A stretch of DNA of 64,000 nt from Pelomyxa schiedti (Eukaryota > Protista > Evosea). This document shows positions 38,700-51,085 of the stretch, one piece after another (the first letter of the stretch is position 1; every line of letters begins with the position of its first letter). The stretch covers positions 113,518 to 177,517 of the forward strand of contig JAHLWZ010000751.1 in assembly GCA_020536535.1 (NCBI GenBank), written 5' to 3'. The notes under the pieces are model-generated. The model did no database searches. It had not been told where the DNA came from and was given only the letters and a program-made list of their open reading frames with translations. Made by a program: the position numbers and the translations under genes.

Positions 38700-39290
38700 A
38701 TGTTCTCTTGAATTTAAACAAACCTTGTAAAAATGGGGCTGCTTGTCGGCACCTCTTGTGTACCTTGTTGGACCAGTACTTTGTCCACATACAAATCTTT
38801 CAACAAGCACAACGGCAAAATCAGAGTGTCACTCACAGAGGTGCGAATTCAACCCTCTTTATCCTGATATCTCCGCTTTTCACAACCACGTCATGTCCAA
38901 CAGGTACACCACGCAGTTGTAGTATCCTTGATGATTGGATCCGCCCTGGAGTTCCATACAGCCTAGACCAGCACCCTGTGGTCACCAACGCACCCACGCG
39001 GGTCTTCACATGAACATGTGAACCGAGATACATCCACCACACCAAGTGTCAGTGACACACTCACATGCACTGTTTCACTGTGCCCCAAGGTCGCCAAGGA
39101 TGCTCCCTGAAAGGGCAGCTTGAAAATTGCATCCCACAATGGGGAGAGGACCCAGTCGCAGGCCCACTGCCTCACCAACGCTGGCGACCGCGCCCACTCC
39201 GCCATTGTGGGACATGGCCCCACAACCGCCGCCACCGCGGGTGTCTGTCCCACTTATTGGAGCACGTCGTCCCACAATCGCTTCATCACG
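38700..39290 (-). pseudogene. Decayed copy A of the EWARSPALVRQW orphan family
   Basis: Retains GPCPTMAEWARSPALVRQWACDWVLSPLWDAIF; has N-terminal and internal deletions (CNRKWIVG block missing), a frame change and stops. Confidence 0.8.
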
Positions 39291-39508
39291 CAGCTCCTGT
39301 ATCTCTTTTCGTTGAAAAAGATCAAAACACATGTGTGGGTGGTGGGGAATTGTTCAACACTCGCAATCAATTGATCATGCTTCTCGGACATGCTGTGAGT
39401 GTTGTCCCTTAGTGACGGACGGATTCGGAGCATTACGGGAAGTCACCAATGCCACGACCAACGCTGCAGAGTCATCCCAAATGCAACCAGTTTTTGGAAA
39501 CAACCACA

Positions 39509-40644
39509 TTACCAACGAGGGTGGAATGCCTTTAACTTGAGTGGCACTGAGAAATTACCAATGAGAAATCCAGTGACGCCATCATGCAATTTGAACTCAA
39601 CTTCAATTTCAGTTTCAGCGTCGAGTGAATTCGCTGTCAGACCCTTGCTTGAATGTGATGTAGAAAGTATGAGGCCTGATCGCTGATCAGGGGATGACCA
39701 AGTGCACGGAACCAGAATGATGGCTCTGTGAAGCTCCCATTTCTGAAGACCCAGAAGTTGGGGTCTTCTGGTGATCGCTGTACAAACACATGACTTCTCT
39801 GGAGTGTGGCAACTGTTTTGCCCTCAGGAAACACCCACCTTGTTGCCAGCGATGATGCATCAACAAGTGAGTAATGGTTCACTGGTACAGTGCCCCTAAC
39901 CAAAATGCAAGGAGAACCATCAGGCATCAAAGCCGCACCCTGTGCATTCCTCATGGGCTCACCTGCAATCTTTAATTTGACAACAAGCTCCTTCCTGAGG
40001 AAGGTGGCCTCCAAGTCAACAAAAACACTGGCATTATAGTCACCCACCAACATCAGAGTGTTATCCTCCTGAGGTAAGAATTCAACATCAAGAATCCTGT
40101 ATTCTCTGCTTTCCACAACCACTTCGCTCCCAACAGGCGCACCACCCACCACCTTTTGAATGAACAGTGACGAAGATCTTGCAGCATAAGTGCATCCCAC
40201 AATCCACTTCCTGTTGCACTGGACGTACTCGGGAATTTTCCACGATTTCAAAGCTGCTACAGGCGCGTAACTAGCATCCCACGCAGTTGCATCCTTGACA
40301 ATCATTCCAAGGCACCCACACAGGGCTTCATTTGAACAAGTGAACCAAGATATATTCACCACACCGAGTGTCGGTGACACACTCACATGCACTTCCTTGC
40401 TGTATTGCCGGTTCTTCCAGCATGGCCCCTCAAATGGGAGATCGAAAATTGCGTCCCACAATGGGGAGAGGACCCAGTCGCAGGCCCACTGCCTCACCAA
40501 CGCTGGCGACCGCGCCCACTCCGCCATTGTGGGACATGGCCCCACGCCCGGGGTGTTTGTGCCATTTACTGGAGTAGGTTGTCCCACAATTGCAGCACAG
40601 CACACCGCCATCACTTGTGCCTTGGCCGTCGTGGTTCGCATCAT
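39509..40644 (-). pseudogene. Copy B of the orphan family with a single 1-nt frameshift near 39715 (recent pseudogene or sequence error)
   Basis: Intronless; after PSF the paralog-matching PCTWSSPDQRSGLILSTS...EFKLHDGVTGFLIG is in another frame ending at 39509. Confidence 0.7.
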
Positions 40645-40699
40645 CGCAAAGGAGTACCAGTTCCTTTTTTCGTTGAAAAACAATCATCCCACATCGACG

Positions 40700-41956
40700 A
40701 TGGGTAGCACCACAACGGCCAAGTCACAAGTGATGGCGGTGTGCTGTGCTGCACTTGTGGGACATCGACATCCTCCCACAACAACACAAGCGACGGCAGG
40801 ACCATGTCCCACAATGACGGAGTGGGCGCGGTCGCCAGCGTTGGTGAGGCAGTGGGCCGACGACTGGGTCCTCTCCCCATTGTGGGACGCTGTGTTCCAT
40901 CTCCCAATAGACGGGACAACGTGGGATACAACCGGTCAGCAGCACTTTTTGTTTGTGAGTGTGTCACTGACACTTGGTGTGTTGAGCCACTCCTGGTTCA
41001 CTTGTGGTGGGATAACTTGTGATGTGTGTGGGTGCATTGGTGACAACAAGGTGCTCATGTATGTGCCCAAGAGGGGTTCTTGCGGAGATGAGCAGGCTGC
41101 AGCAGAGCACATCATCAGGGACACTGCTGCAGGAGGAGAAGCGCGGAATCCAGAGTGTCGTTGCTTGCCAGAGACGGAGGCCTCTCTCGCACAGTGGGAA
41201 CAAGTGAGGTTCACAACGTGCAACAGGAAGTGGATTGTGGGTTGCCACGTCAAGGGCTCTGCTCTCTTCATCCGCAGGGTTGTCAGTGGCTCACCTTTTG
41301 GTGATGACGTCATTCTGAAAGCAAGTGAGTTTTCCAGGGGGTTTGTGCCTCAGTTCACACCACTGGGCAATGACGTCGTGATGCTGCGTGAATTGGGTGA
41401 GCACTCAAGCGCAGCTTTGGTGTTTGTTGACTTGTGGGAAAGCTTCAACAAGAAGGACCTGGTTGTGACATCAAAGATTGTGTGCAGGACGAACTGGCCA
41501 ATGGTTGACACAGGCATCACGTGGCTTCCTGATGGCTCCCTTTGCATTTTGAAGACTGATATGTTGGGAGACCTTTCTGAAAAGAAAAACACAGATTTCT
41601 GCCTTGTTGAAGAAAAGAGCAATGCAACAGTTTGGGACTTTCCTGAGAAGCAAGTTACAATACTTGGAAAGAATCACCTGCTTGCTGCGCCCTCAATTTG
41701 GTGGTCAGGAGAGAACAGCCACTTCAAAGTGTTTCACACTGGTGACCTTGCACATCCATCACTCCATGTTCCAAGCACTTGGGCAACTGGAGAGTGGCAA
41801 TCCAGCCTCATTCTTTCAACTTCCTATCACAACCCAGAGCACACAACACCAAGTGCCCAGGAAATCGAGTTCTCACTGTACGATGGTCTCACTGGCTGTC
41901 ACATTGGTGTGTTCACTCGGCCACTGCAGAATTATCTCAAATTCACTGCTTTTTGA
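40700..41956 (+). CDS. Copy C, intact intronless orphan protein (~418 aa), probably beta-rich
   Basis: MGSTTTAKSQVMAVCCAALVG...EWARSPALVRQW...CNRKWIVGC...LYDGLTGCHIG; inverted paralog of copy B. Confidence 0.8.
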   Translation: MGSTTTAKSQVMAVCCAALVGHRHPPTTTQATAGPCPTMTEWARSPALVRQWADDWVLSPLWDAVFHLPIDGTTWDTTGQQHFLFVSVSLTLGVLSHSWFTCGGITCDVCGCIGDNKVLMYVPKRGSCGDEQAAAEHIIRDTAAGGEARNPECRCLPETEASLAQWEQVRFTTCNRKWIVGCHVKGSALFIRRVVSGSPFGDDVILKASEFSRGFVPQFTPLGNDVVMLRELGEHSSAALVFVDLWESFNKKDLVVTSKIVCRTNWPMVDTGITWLPDGSLCILKTDMLGDLSEKKNTDFCLVEEKSNATVWDFPEKQVTILGKNHLLAAPSIWWSGENSHFKVFHTGDLAHPSLHVPSTWATGEWQSSLILSTSYHNPEHTTPSAQEIEFSLYDGLTGCHIGVFTRPLQNYLKFTAF

Positions 41957-42750
41957 ATTCATGATGAGTGTATTGATTTCATTTTAAAAAGAAGATTTAA
42001 ACCTCCTTGACTGTGATGATGGTGATTGGAGTGGTTCTGATGTGAAGAGGCGTGATTGCCAGTCACCAAGTGCATGGAGAAGAGGGAGAAGACGAGGATG
42101 TAGCAGAAGGAGACACACAAGAAGAAGCAACAGCAGCAGCACCAACAACAACAACCACAGCACCGCCAACAACGCATTCCAGTTCGTCGCACCAACAACC
42201 TTCCCTGGGGGCTTCTCTTCACCGGAGTTCTCGGAACACTGTGATTTGAAATGTTTTTGGAAATGCCCCGTCAGGAATGACAACAACTGCGAGGTTTTTC
42301 AGGTGATTCCATTTCAAGTTCACACTGGCCTTCTCTCAAGTACACAATGCAATGAAGAAGGAAAAAAAAGAACAAAACATAATAATCATAATAATCGCAA
42401 TCACCAAACGGCTGGGCCGGCGCCCCGGTTGCCGGTTGGGCGTAACACACCACGTCCACCGGTACTAGGATCGCGCGGCCCAATCGCAAACAAATGGTTG
42501 GCGGCGATCATTGTACGGCAACGTACCCTTTTATAATGCGTTCCAATTCTTTTAGTGATGTGTTGGCGGTGCATGGCTGGTCCCCCCCAACTTCTCCACT
42601 ATCTAATAGGAGTGCATAAAAAATTAAAAAAAAAAGACTTCATTATCATCCCCTGTTTTTTCTTTCTTCGAGCGCAAAAAGTGTTGTTTTTCCTTACGAA
42701 CCAAGCTTGTACAAGCTCGCAAAGGGTTTTTTCTTCCTTACGAGCCGACA

Positions 42751-45700
42751 ATGGCAAAAAAAAAAATATCTCTGTCAGGTTCAACAAGATGAACTCCACA
42801 GCAACCCCTCAGAAAAACCTCGCTGGCCGCGAGTCATAAGGGAAAACCCAGTGGCTCTGTCAGGATTGTGGGACAGCAAGCGCGGTGCCGCAGTCCAAGA
42901 ACGGAAACTTCCCTGAACAAAACACCACTCCCCTGGGTATTTTTTTCTGTTCAACAGATCTCGGTGCTCATTTTTCCTATTATTTCGTAGCCACGCCAGA
43001 CATGCACAACTGGGACCCCAAGCGGCTCCCTAGTGGATGGTGCGCTTATTGCAAACAAAACACATGGTAGATCCGCACCCACTTTTGTTCAAGTACCACG
43101 TACATAAACACCTAATCGCCAATGCTCAATGGCAGGACAAAAACTCCTATGTTACAGTGCAGGCGTTGTGCCGTGCAATGCCACGAAAAATGTACAGCAA
43201 CGGTCGACACTCTCAAAATTCCTTGCACCCCTGAGGAGGTATCAAACACCGAACTTCATTGTACTTCATAACATCCTTTTTTTTTTTTTTAGCTCGTGGA
43301 GAGCACTCCCATTTCATCGCCTTCCACACTCATTGGCGGTGCACGAGCCAAACTTTTGGCATTTCCAGCCTCTCCCACCACACCTCCCCCAATTCCAAAA
43401 TCAGTTAATCCCAATTCTATATCGATGCCACTTCTCCCCACACCAGAGCAGGCAGCACAACTCCTGTCAATGCACGGCACTCCAATTTCACGACACACGT
43501 CAGTGTGCATTTCATCACACCTTCAAGAAACATCAACAATATCATCACTATCTCTAGCTTCAGCTTCGCATTTAGCAATTTCATCTCCTCAACTCACTGC
43601 ACCACCACCACTTCCTGCACCCGTTGCCGAAAGCATTTTTGCATCTCTACCTGTGCGCTCCTCCACATTTCAGAGTGGGAGATTTCGGATAGAAACTCTA
43701 CCACATTCCATTGAGTTCACACACCCTTTCACACAAGCACCTAGAGTTTGTGCATGGGTGATGGGAGGAACAGGTTTGTCAAGGATACCTTCTGAACAGC
43801 TGACAATTTCTTTGTCTGGTATCTCCCCTCACATGAAATAATATTAGTACAAATTTGTTTTATAGGGTTCAGAGTAGACTTTTGTCACTTCCTCAATGTC
43901 GCTGTAAACTGGGTGGCCTACATATTTCTTACAACAAATCCATTACTTAGTGATACTATCAAACTGATACTAGCAAGTCCACCACAGATGACCCCTCCTT
44001 TGATGCAAAAAGTGGAAAAATGTGTGGAGGTACTCTTGAAATGAAGATTTCTCTTGCCCATACTTTTTAAAGGCAAATTCCGTAAATGGTGCTTCATCTG
44101 ATGGGCAAACTTTACTCCATGCAGCCGCATATGCAGGCAACTTGGATGTATTAAACTGGGCGTTGAAGAGGAGTGGGGTTAATATTGATGCCCAGGTACC
44201 CACTCACCTTAATCTTTTATCTTCATTTATTTTCAAATAGGATGAAAGAGGTTGGACACCTTTGATGTAAGCCACATGAATCAAGTTCACGACTTAAAAG
44301 CATCGTAGGTGTGCCATAAATCCAAGTCACTGGGCAGCTGCTCTACGTTTACTTGCCGTGGGAGCTAAGATTTCAATTGCCAACTATCGCCAGCATACTG
44401 CCCTTCATTTGTTCGCAAAATCTTTGACACAGGAAAAGAGCTGTGAAGATGTGTGTAAATTCACTCGTTTTTTTGTTTGTTTTGCTGACATTACAACAAA
44501 AAGGTTATGAAATTACTACTGGCACCACCAGCTGATCCAAATCTCAGGTCAGAAACAGGTGAAACAGCTCTACTGTTTGCCTGTTCTGGTCCGTTCTTCC
44601 CCAATATTGTCACTGCCATACTCGAGGCGCACGCTGACCCAAGTTATTCTTCATTCCTTGTCTGCAATCATTTACTTCAATAGACATTGCTGATAATTCG
44701 GGAGTTACTCCTCTGTGCAAAGCCACAATGGCAAACAACATTCCGCTCATCGAATTACTTTTACGGTATGCAATATTCCTTTTTGGTGATAGCTAACTTC
44801 TTCAGGCATGGAGCGGACCCTAGTAAAGGCCCCCAAGGGGAAACTCCTAAGGATCGTGCCCAAGCAAGCAACAACACCTACTTGATAGAATTATTTTCCA
44901 AAGCTGCTTCACTCTCGAAGGAGGGACTCAATGTACATATTTTCTTCTATTATTGGTTTAATGAGGGAAAACAAAACAACAGCCCCATACAGTGCGCTCA
45001 TTGCCTGGTTGGAATAGCCCAACTGCCGATTTAGGTGCAGCTATTGCCGCCTCTATGAAGGGAAGCAATAGCCTCGCTTTTGCAGCGGCAGCTGCCACGC
45101 CTGGATCAGACAAGTTTTTTGCAACACTGGAAAAACCTGAGTGCAAAGAGTTACGAGTCATGGTCGATTCATTTATTAAAAATTTCTCGAAGAACAAGTA
45201 TACCTTGGAGCAAGAGGGTGACGCACTTGCTCAGTTTTTCTCCGATCTACTGGTAAAAAGGTTATCCAATAAAGAATTTTCCCTGAAAAGTCTACAGGAA
45301 GCTATGAAACAACACACCTTGTGGTCTTCATTGCAAGTTAGTTTCTTTTCTGTATTCTTTTAGTATTACCCTACCCCCTAGGAACAACAAATGGACATTG
45401 TATTTGAAGGAACCAAAAAGGCCATTTTCTTGCGGATGTACAATCAGCTTTTCACAAAGAAGGAATTACAAATCAAAGACACACAACTAAGTAAACACAT
45501 TGCTCGCATAAGTCCACTAGTACGCCCACAGAACATGCATTTACGGGAAGATCTTGACTATGATTTAATTTCTGCTGCCGAGGCCGAGCTTCAGGTAACC
45601 AAAACAAACGAACCCACTGTGTTTGATTTGGTGCTTAGGAAATGGACAATGTCGTAACACCAGACGAGAAGCTTCTGTGCATTCTCAACTGTTGTAAGGT

Positions 45701-46010
45701 TTTGGTGAATGTACTTCAAAGCTTTGGCTCCACTGCCGGAGCTGATGACTTCTTACCTCTGTTCATGTATTCCTTTGTTCCACTCCAACAAAAGCCACTA
45801 ACACCATTCCTACACAGATTCACTGTTCTGAGGGCCAATGTCCCCCGGTTGCACTCGAACTTATCCTTCATTGACCGGTTTTCAAATGACAGAGGCAGGA
45901 GCAGTGAAGCCTATTGCTTCTACACACACCTTATGTGCGCCGCTACATACATTGAAACCGACATTACAGTGGAGTCCCTCAAAGCTGCCAGTTCCACTGA
46001 TGTGTCATGA
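42751..46010 (+). CDS. C1-domain, ankyrin-repeat, VPS9-domain protein (Rab5-family GEF)
   Basis: Spliced C1 HNWDPKRLPSGWCAYCKQNTWTKTPMLQCRRCAVQCHEKC; ankyrins GQTLLHAAAYAGNLDVL, GVTPLCKATMANN; VPS9 TPDEKLLCI, GADDFLP, SEAYCFYT. Confidence 0.85.
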
Positions 46011-46097
46011 TAATTCAACTGGGTATTTGTGAAGAAGAAAAACAATTTTGCACATTAACAAAAGTGTTTTTACTTGTATTTTTGTTTTTTTTTCCTT

Positions 46098-48131
46098 TTA
46101 TGTGTTGGTGGTTGTATCGTGTGGTAGCAAGTCGTCCATATTTGCAACTACATAGGCGATGATGCCCATGACTGTAGAGCAATCATTGAAATCGCCCATG
46201 TCAACTTTCTCTGGTGTGTCGGCTCGTGTGTGGTGGTAAGAATAGTACACTCCGTCTGCCGGAATAGACTCGGACGGAATAAGGGACATGCAAGGAACCC
46301 CTTCCTCTTCCATTGCGCGAGTATCTGGAGTGTTGTGTGGGTAACGGAATAGAAGAAAAGGTACTTACCAACACCGCCGGATCCTGGTGTCAGTGTAACA
46401 TTCAGTCCATAGTCAAGAAGGGTTTCCGCAACAGGGGCCAAGGCTGCAAGTGTTTTGTCTCCTCCACTCACGCTCAGCTCCTTTGGTTCAAAGACACCCA
46501 GGTCCATCTCTACTGCAAGTGAAGTTTTATCCAGTTCACTTAGGTGGTCCGCAGCATAGCTCCTGCCTCCGTACCCTCCAAGTTCTTCACAAGTCCATAG
46601 GATGGCTCTTACAGTGCGCTTCGCGCGAATACTGTTGCGGTACATACTTCTAACAACTTGCCATGCAGCGAGTGTGCCTCCGGCATCATCATGCGCGCCA
46701 GCCATATTCATGTCCCATCTGTGATTCGTTGGCACCAAAAAGACTGGAAGAGAGTTCTCACGAGTCTAGGTGACCACTAATTATTACATATTCATCAGGG
46801 TAATCGGTTCCAGGTATGTCAATAATTACGTTACGGGACATATAAGTCCCTCTGTTTTCGCAATCAAGAACCAGATGCAGCAATGGGATCTCTCATGAGG
46901 GGAATGGAACTGAAGCTTAGTTCAGGTCATACGAAGAGGAATAATACCTGGCCACGGTTTTGCATTCGGTGTAACATTTTGGCATCTTCGACTTGGGGAA
47001 AAAACGTTAATACCGGGTCACACTAAATAATACTTGCCTGTGATAGAACCAGCAGGAACAGTTGCCTCCGTCGATCCGCCAGTATGGAGTGTGTACAGTG
47101 ATTCAGGTGTAACAGACATTGTCAATGACGCTAGTCTGTGGTGGAATTTTGGTATAAGAGTAAATTATTGTCTACATACGCTCCAACACTTGCGGCCATC
47201 AAAGCACCCTGAGACCGGTATTGTACGGTATCTCCATAACTCACGTAATCCACATCATAAACAACTACTTTGAGGAAGTTAGGCATTTTATTTCTTTCCC
47301 TTATGTTGCATGTGAAACTACGTTTGGGGTGAAATACTTTTGCCAGCCGCTTCAGCACTTCGATTGTTTAGTTCGTCAAAACTAGAGACAACAAGCACAT
47401 ATCCTTCAATGCCGTCTGGTCCTATCTGCGTTAAAAGAGCATGGAGCTCGAATCAGTACCTGTCCCAATAGAACGACCAAGTGGAGTGACAGCAAGTTCA
47501 CGAGGCACTCCCGGGTACAGGAGTTTCAAGTTGTGCCCATCAGGGTTTTGATACCAATACGGTACCGATGCGTTTTCGGTATATCCTTCCATTCCCTCAA
47601 GTTGCAACTGGTCCAGAATCCATTCAATGGCCGCTAAAAGTTTATCATCAAATATTGACCTGGACTACCCACGAGCATACCGTCCATTGAAGGACTACTG
47701 GAAATTCTCGCAGGGTACAAATCACATAGCGCAGCCATTCTAGCGTATTGAGTCTGGCCACGCATAAGACAAAATCAAGCGAATTACGAAACACAAAAGC
47801 AAAGCAAAGCAAAGCATACAGTGTCTTGCTGCAGCGACTCCACCAAAGTCTCCAGCTCGTCGTTGTGGCCCCTCTCGACGATCGCCATCACAAACGCCAT
47901 CACCACAACCAAAACGCCGACGACAATTACGCCAACTCCCACCGTTTGCCACAGGCAACGAGCGGAGCACAAGTACGCCGCGACGCCGCTTTTCTTGTCG
48001 TCACTTCGCGAACAGCACGAAGATCTGGATCTGACATGCTTCTTCTTTTTGCCGTCGGGATCGGTCGACGTGCCGTAGCCGTCGAACTCCTCCAACCGGC
48101 CGTATGACTGCTTACCGTCGCCGCGTGACAT
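46098..48131 (-). CDS. CPQ: Carboxypeptidase Q-like M28 metallopeptidase with N-terminal type II TM anchor
   Basis: GAHDDAGG, RTVRAILWTCEELG, YHHTRADT; TM VGVGVIVVGVLVVVMAFVMAIV after a ~55-aa tail. Confidence 0.82.
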
Positions 48132-48435
48132 TTTGCGAAGATCTGAAAACCGAATAATGTACGAAGAAAATCGAAACGGTGTGGGGGTCGTCTGTCTCGT
48201 TGTTTTCGAAAGGTCTTGTTTTGGCCGGCTCCGAAAAGACATGCATGGAGTCCATAACATACTACACAATTCCTACAAGCGGTGCTGAAGCTTGGTTAGT
48301 GACAACACCCAAGAGGGAGCTTAAAAGTGTTTGCCAATGCTTTGAGGAAACCAGACTGGTCTATCTGAGTGGCTTACCACCAGGAGTAAGCTCTCGCTTG
48401 AATACCATGTCCTAGCGCGTGACTCATTGTAAGCG

Positions 48436-48777
48436 GTGATGTACCAAGGTGAGAACTAGGGTGCATCTCCTCGCCCTGCACTGCAAGCAGAAGAACCTTG
48501 GGCAGTTGCCATAGTCAAGAGCGGGCAAATGGCGCCAAAAAGCTGAACCTGCATCTNNNNNNNNNNNNNNNNNNNNNNNNNNNNNNNNNNNNNNNNNNNN
48601 NNNNNNNNNNNNNNNNNNNNNNNNNNNNNNNNNNNNNNNNNNNNNNNNNNNNNNNNGTGATGTACCAAGGTGAGAACTAGGGTGCATCTCCTCGCCCTGC
48701 ACTGCAAGCAGAAGAACCTTGGGCAGTTGCCATAGTCAAGAGCGGGCAAATGGCGCCAAAAAGCTGAACCTGCATCT
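48436..48777. repeat. 121-nt direct repeat flanking a 100-N gap (scaffolding overlap)
   Basis: 48436-48556 identical to 48657-48777. Confidence 0.9.
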
Positions 48778-48999
48778 TCACGACCGTGCTCGCACAAAGT
48801 TGGAACATGGCGATTTGCCGCAACCCATGTCACCCTGTTACACCATTAATGGAATAAAGGCACTGTTGGGCCAGCTCCTTCGTCGCCTAAGATTTCATCA
48901 AATCAACTGAAGAGAACGGGAGCCCGAAACGCCGGGAAAACATTAAAGAGACGAAAAGCAACACAACAAAAAAAAAAAAAAAAAAAAAAAAAACCACCA

Positions 49000-50290
49000 A
49001 TGGCCACAGCAACCAAGTCTACGACAGTGAAGTGTCCGGTATGCGGAAAGACTGCGTATCCAATGGAGAGTCTAAGGGCTAACGACACACTCTACCACAA
49101 GTACGATCCGTTTTTTTTATTTCGCGCCGTAACATCTTTTTTTCCTTTGTTTTTGTAGGAGTTGCTTTAGGTGCGAAGTTTGCAAACAGCCACTAACAGT
49201 TACTTCTGTGCAACCACATTCCGAGTCTGGCAAGATCTACTGCAAGGCGCACTACCCCGCTCCAAAGAACATTCAAACAGCCGACACAATGGAGCTTAAC
49301 AGATGTCGAGGTACTTTTTTTCCCCGTTCAACTTTGTTATCTTATTCGTGTTACTTTTAGAGGGCCCGAAATTAGCCACAGTGAACAGGCAAGTGCTTGG
49401 AGACGATTCGATGCGACATAATCTCGCCTCTACTGACACAATGGAGATGAGGAAGGCCCGAGGCGCGCATCAAATTGAACTTCACCTTTTCCTAACTTCT
49501 CAATAGACGGTCCCAAGCTTGATGTTGTAAATCCCCAGGTCCGTGGTGATCACATGGACAAAAATCTCCAGGCTGCCGATATGGCAACAATCAATGCTAT
49601 GAGTAAGCGTACATTTATATTGAGTTTTCTTAACTTTGGTACATAACAGAGGGTCCCAAGTTGGACACAGTAAACCAACAAGTTCGAGGTGACGGCATGG
49701 ACAAAAATCTTCAAGCTGCTGATATGGCTACTAACAATGCAATTAGTGTGTATTGAATTTACTCAAATACCACAAACCAACTTCACGAAGATGCTCCTAA
49801 GTTGGATGTTGTCAATCAAACATTGCGTGGAAGTGAGGATATGAGGACAAATGCCCAAGTTGCTGATATGGCAACAACGCGTGCAATTACTGCTCCGAAA
49901 CTCGATGTAGTTGGCAAACGTGATGCTCTCGAGGCGCCTTCTGCAGTTGTTGACCGGGTATCCCCAGTATAATGTGAGGCTTTTCTAACCTATTAATACA
50001 GGTTACCCTAACGGCGCTTTCTGCACCGAAACTTGATGTTGTTGGAAAGCGCGACGCCATGGGGGCCCCAGCACCTACTCCTGACATGACAATGCAAACT
50101 GCTCTCAGTACCACTCCACCCCATTTGTTAGGGTAAAGCAGCTAATGTTTCCTCAGATGCCCCCAAGCTTGAAGTATCAGGTGGAATTCAACGCGGAATC
50201 GCCACCTCCAAGGAAGAGACACCAGCAACAACTACACCGGCAGAGACCCCAACACCCAGCACCGAAACTCCCTCTGAGAGTTCCTCTTGA
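49000..50290 (+). CDS. LIM-domain protein followed by ~30-aa PKLDVV repeats
   Basis: CPVCGKTAYPME..YHK|..CFRCEVC..IYCKAH; repeats GPKLDVVNPQVRGDHMDKNLQAADMAT on separate exons; GC-AG intron 49463-49506. Confidence 0.85.
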
Positions 50291-51085
50291 AGAAGAAGCT
50301 GTACTTCTAACCACGATACCACTCCACCAACTAGGGAATAAAACAAACAGTCTTTTGAGGAATTATTCTTCAAGTTCTTTCAGGAACCTCACCTGAAGTG
50401 GGGAAATCACACCTTCGTTTAAAACAGTAACAAACAACGGCGTAGCACCTACTAGATTGCTCTCGGTGCACTGAGAGTGCCCAAAGAGGAAAAACGACAT
50501 TTGGTGGACACCGAGGCACCGGAAGCCCCTCAACCCGCTCGTGTGGAGCAATGTTGTTTTGTTGGCAGGTCAAGGGGGGCCAAAGCTGGTACTCTACAAA
50601 AGTATAACAACACTTATGGTACGACCAGAAAACGAGATATACACTAGTAGCGGCTACACTTCTGAGGCGAGGTTTGTGTGCGTGGGGGGGAAAGGGGGGG
50701 AGATGATGAGGAGGAGGTACCCTACTCCCTCCCGTCTCGACAGGCCCGAGGAGGCCTGGGAAAAGAAGTGTTTGACCAGCTGCACAAAGGGTATTAGCTT
50801 TTCTAAGGTGTCACAGAGAATTTGGCGGATAAGTGTGGTGGAGGTGACTTATGGATTCCCTGCGCCACAATAAAAATTAAAAAGGACAAAAAATGATAAG
50901 GGGAAAAAAAAAAAAAAACCGGGATCTGGCAGTAGTGAGAATAGAACACGACGACAGGTTCCTCTACACCGGACGTCTTCGTGCTGTGACAGAGGACTTA
51001 CTGAAGAGTCTATTCCCTGATGGTTGCTTGTACGATTTCCTCCCCTGCCTTTTTCTCGTGACGCCACACTCACCTCCTGCTCCCC

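Noticed and set aside
41984-42536. Overlapping ORFs on both strands including a poly-Leu pseudo-TM
   Set aside because: Driven by CAA/CAG microsatellite-like sequence; no convincing ATG or splice model
48436-48777. Identical 121-nt direct repeat suggesting LTRs or a target-site duplication
   Set aside because: It flanks a 100-N gap exactly; typical unmerged contig overlap
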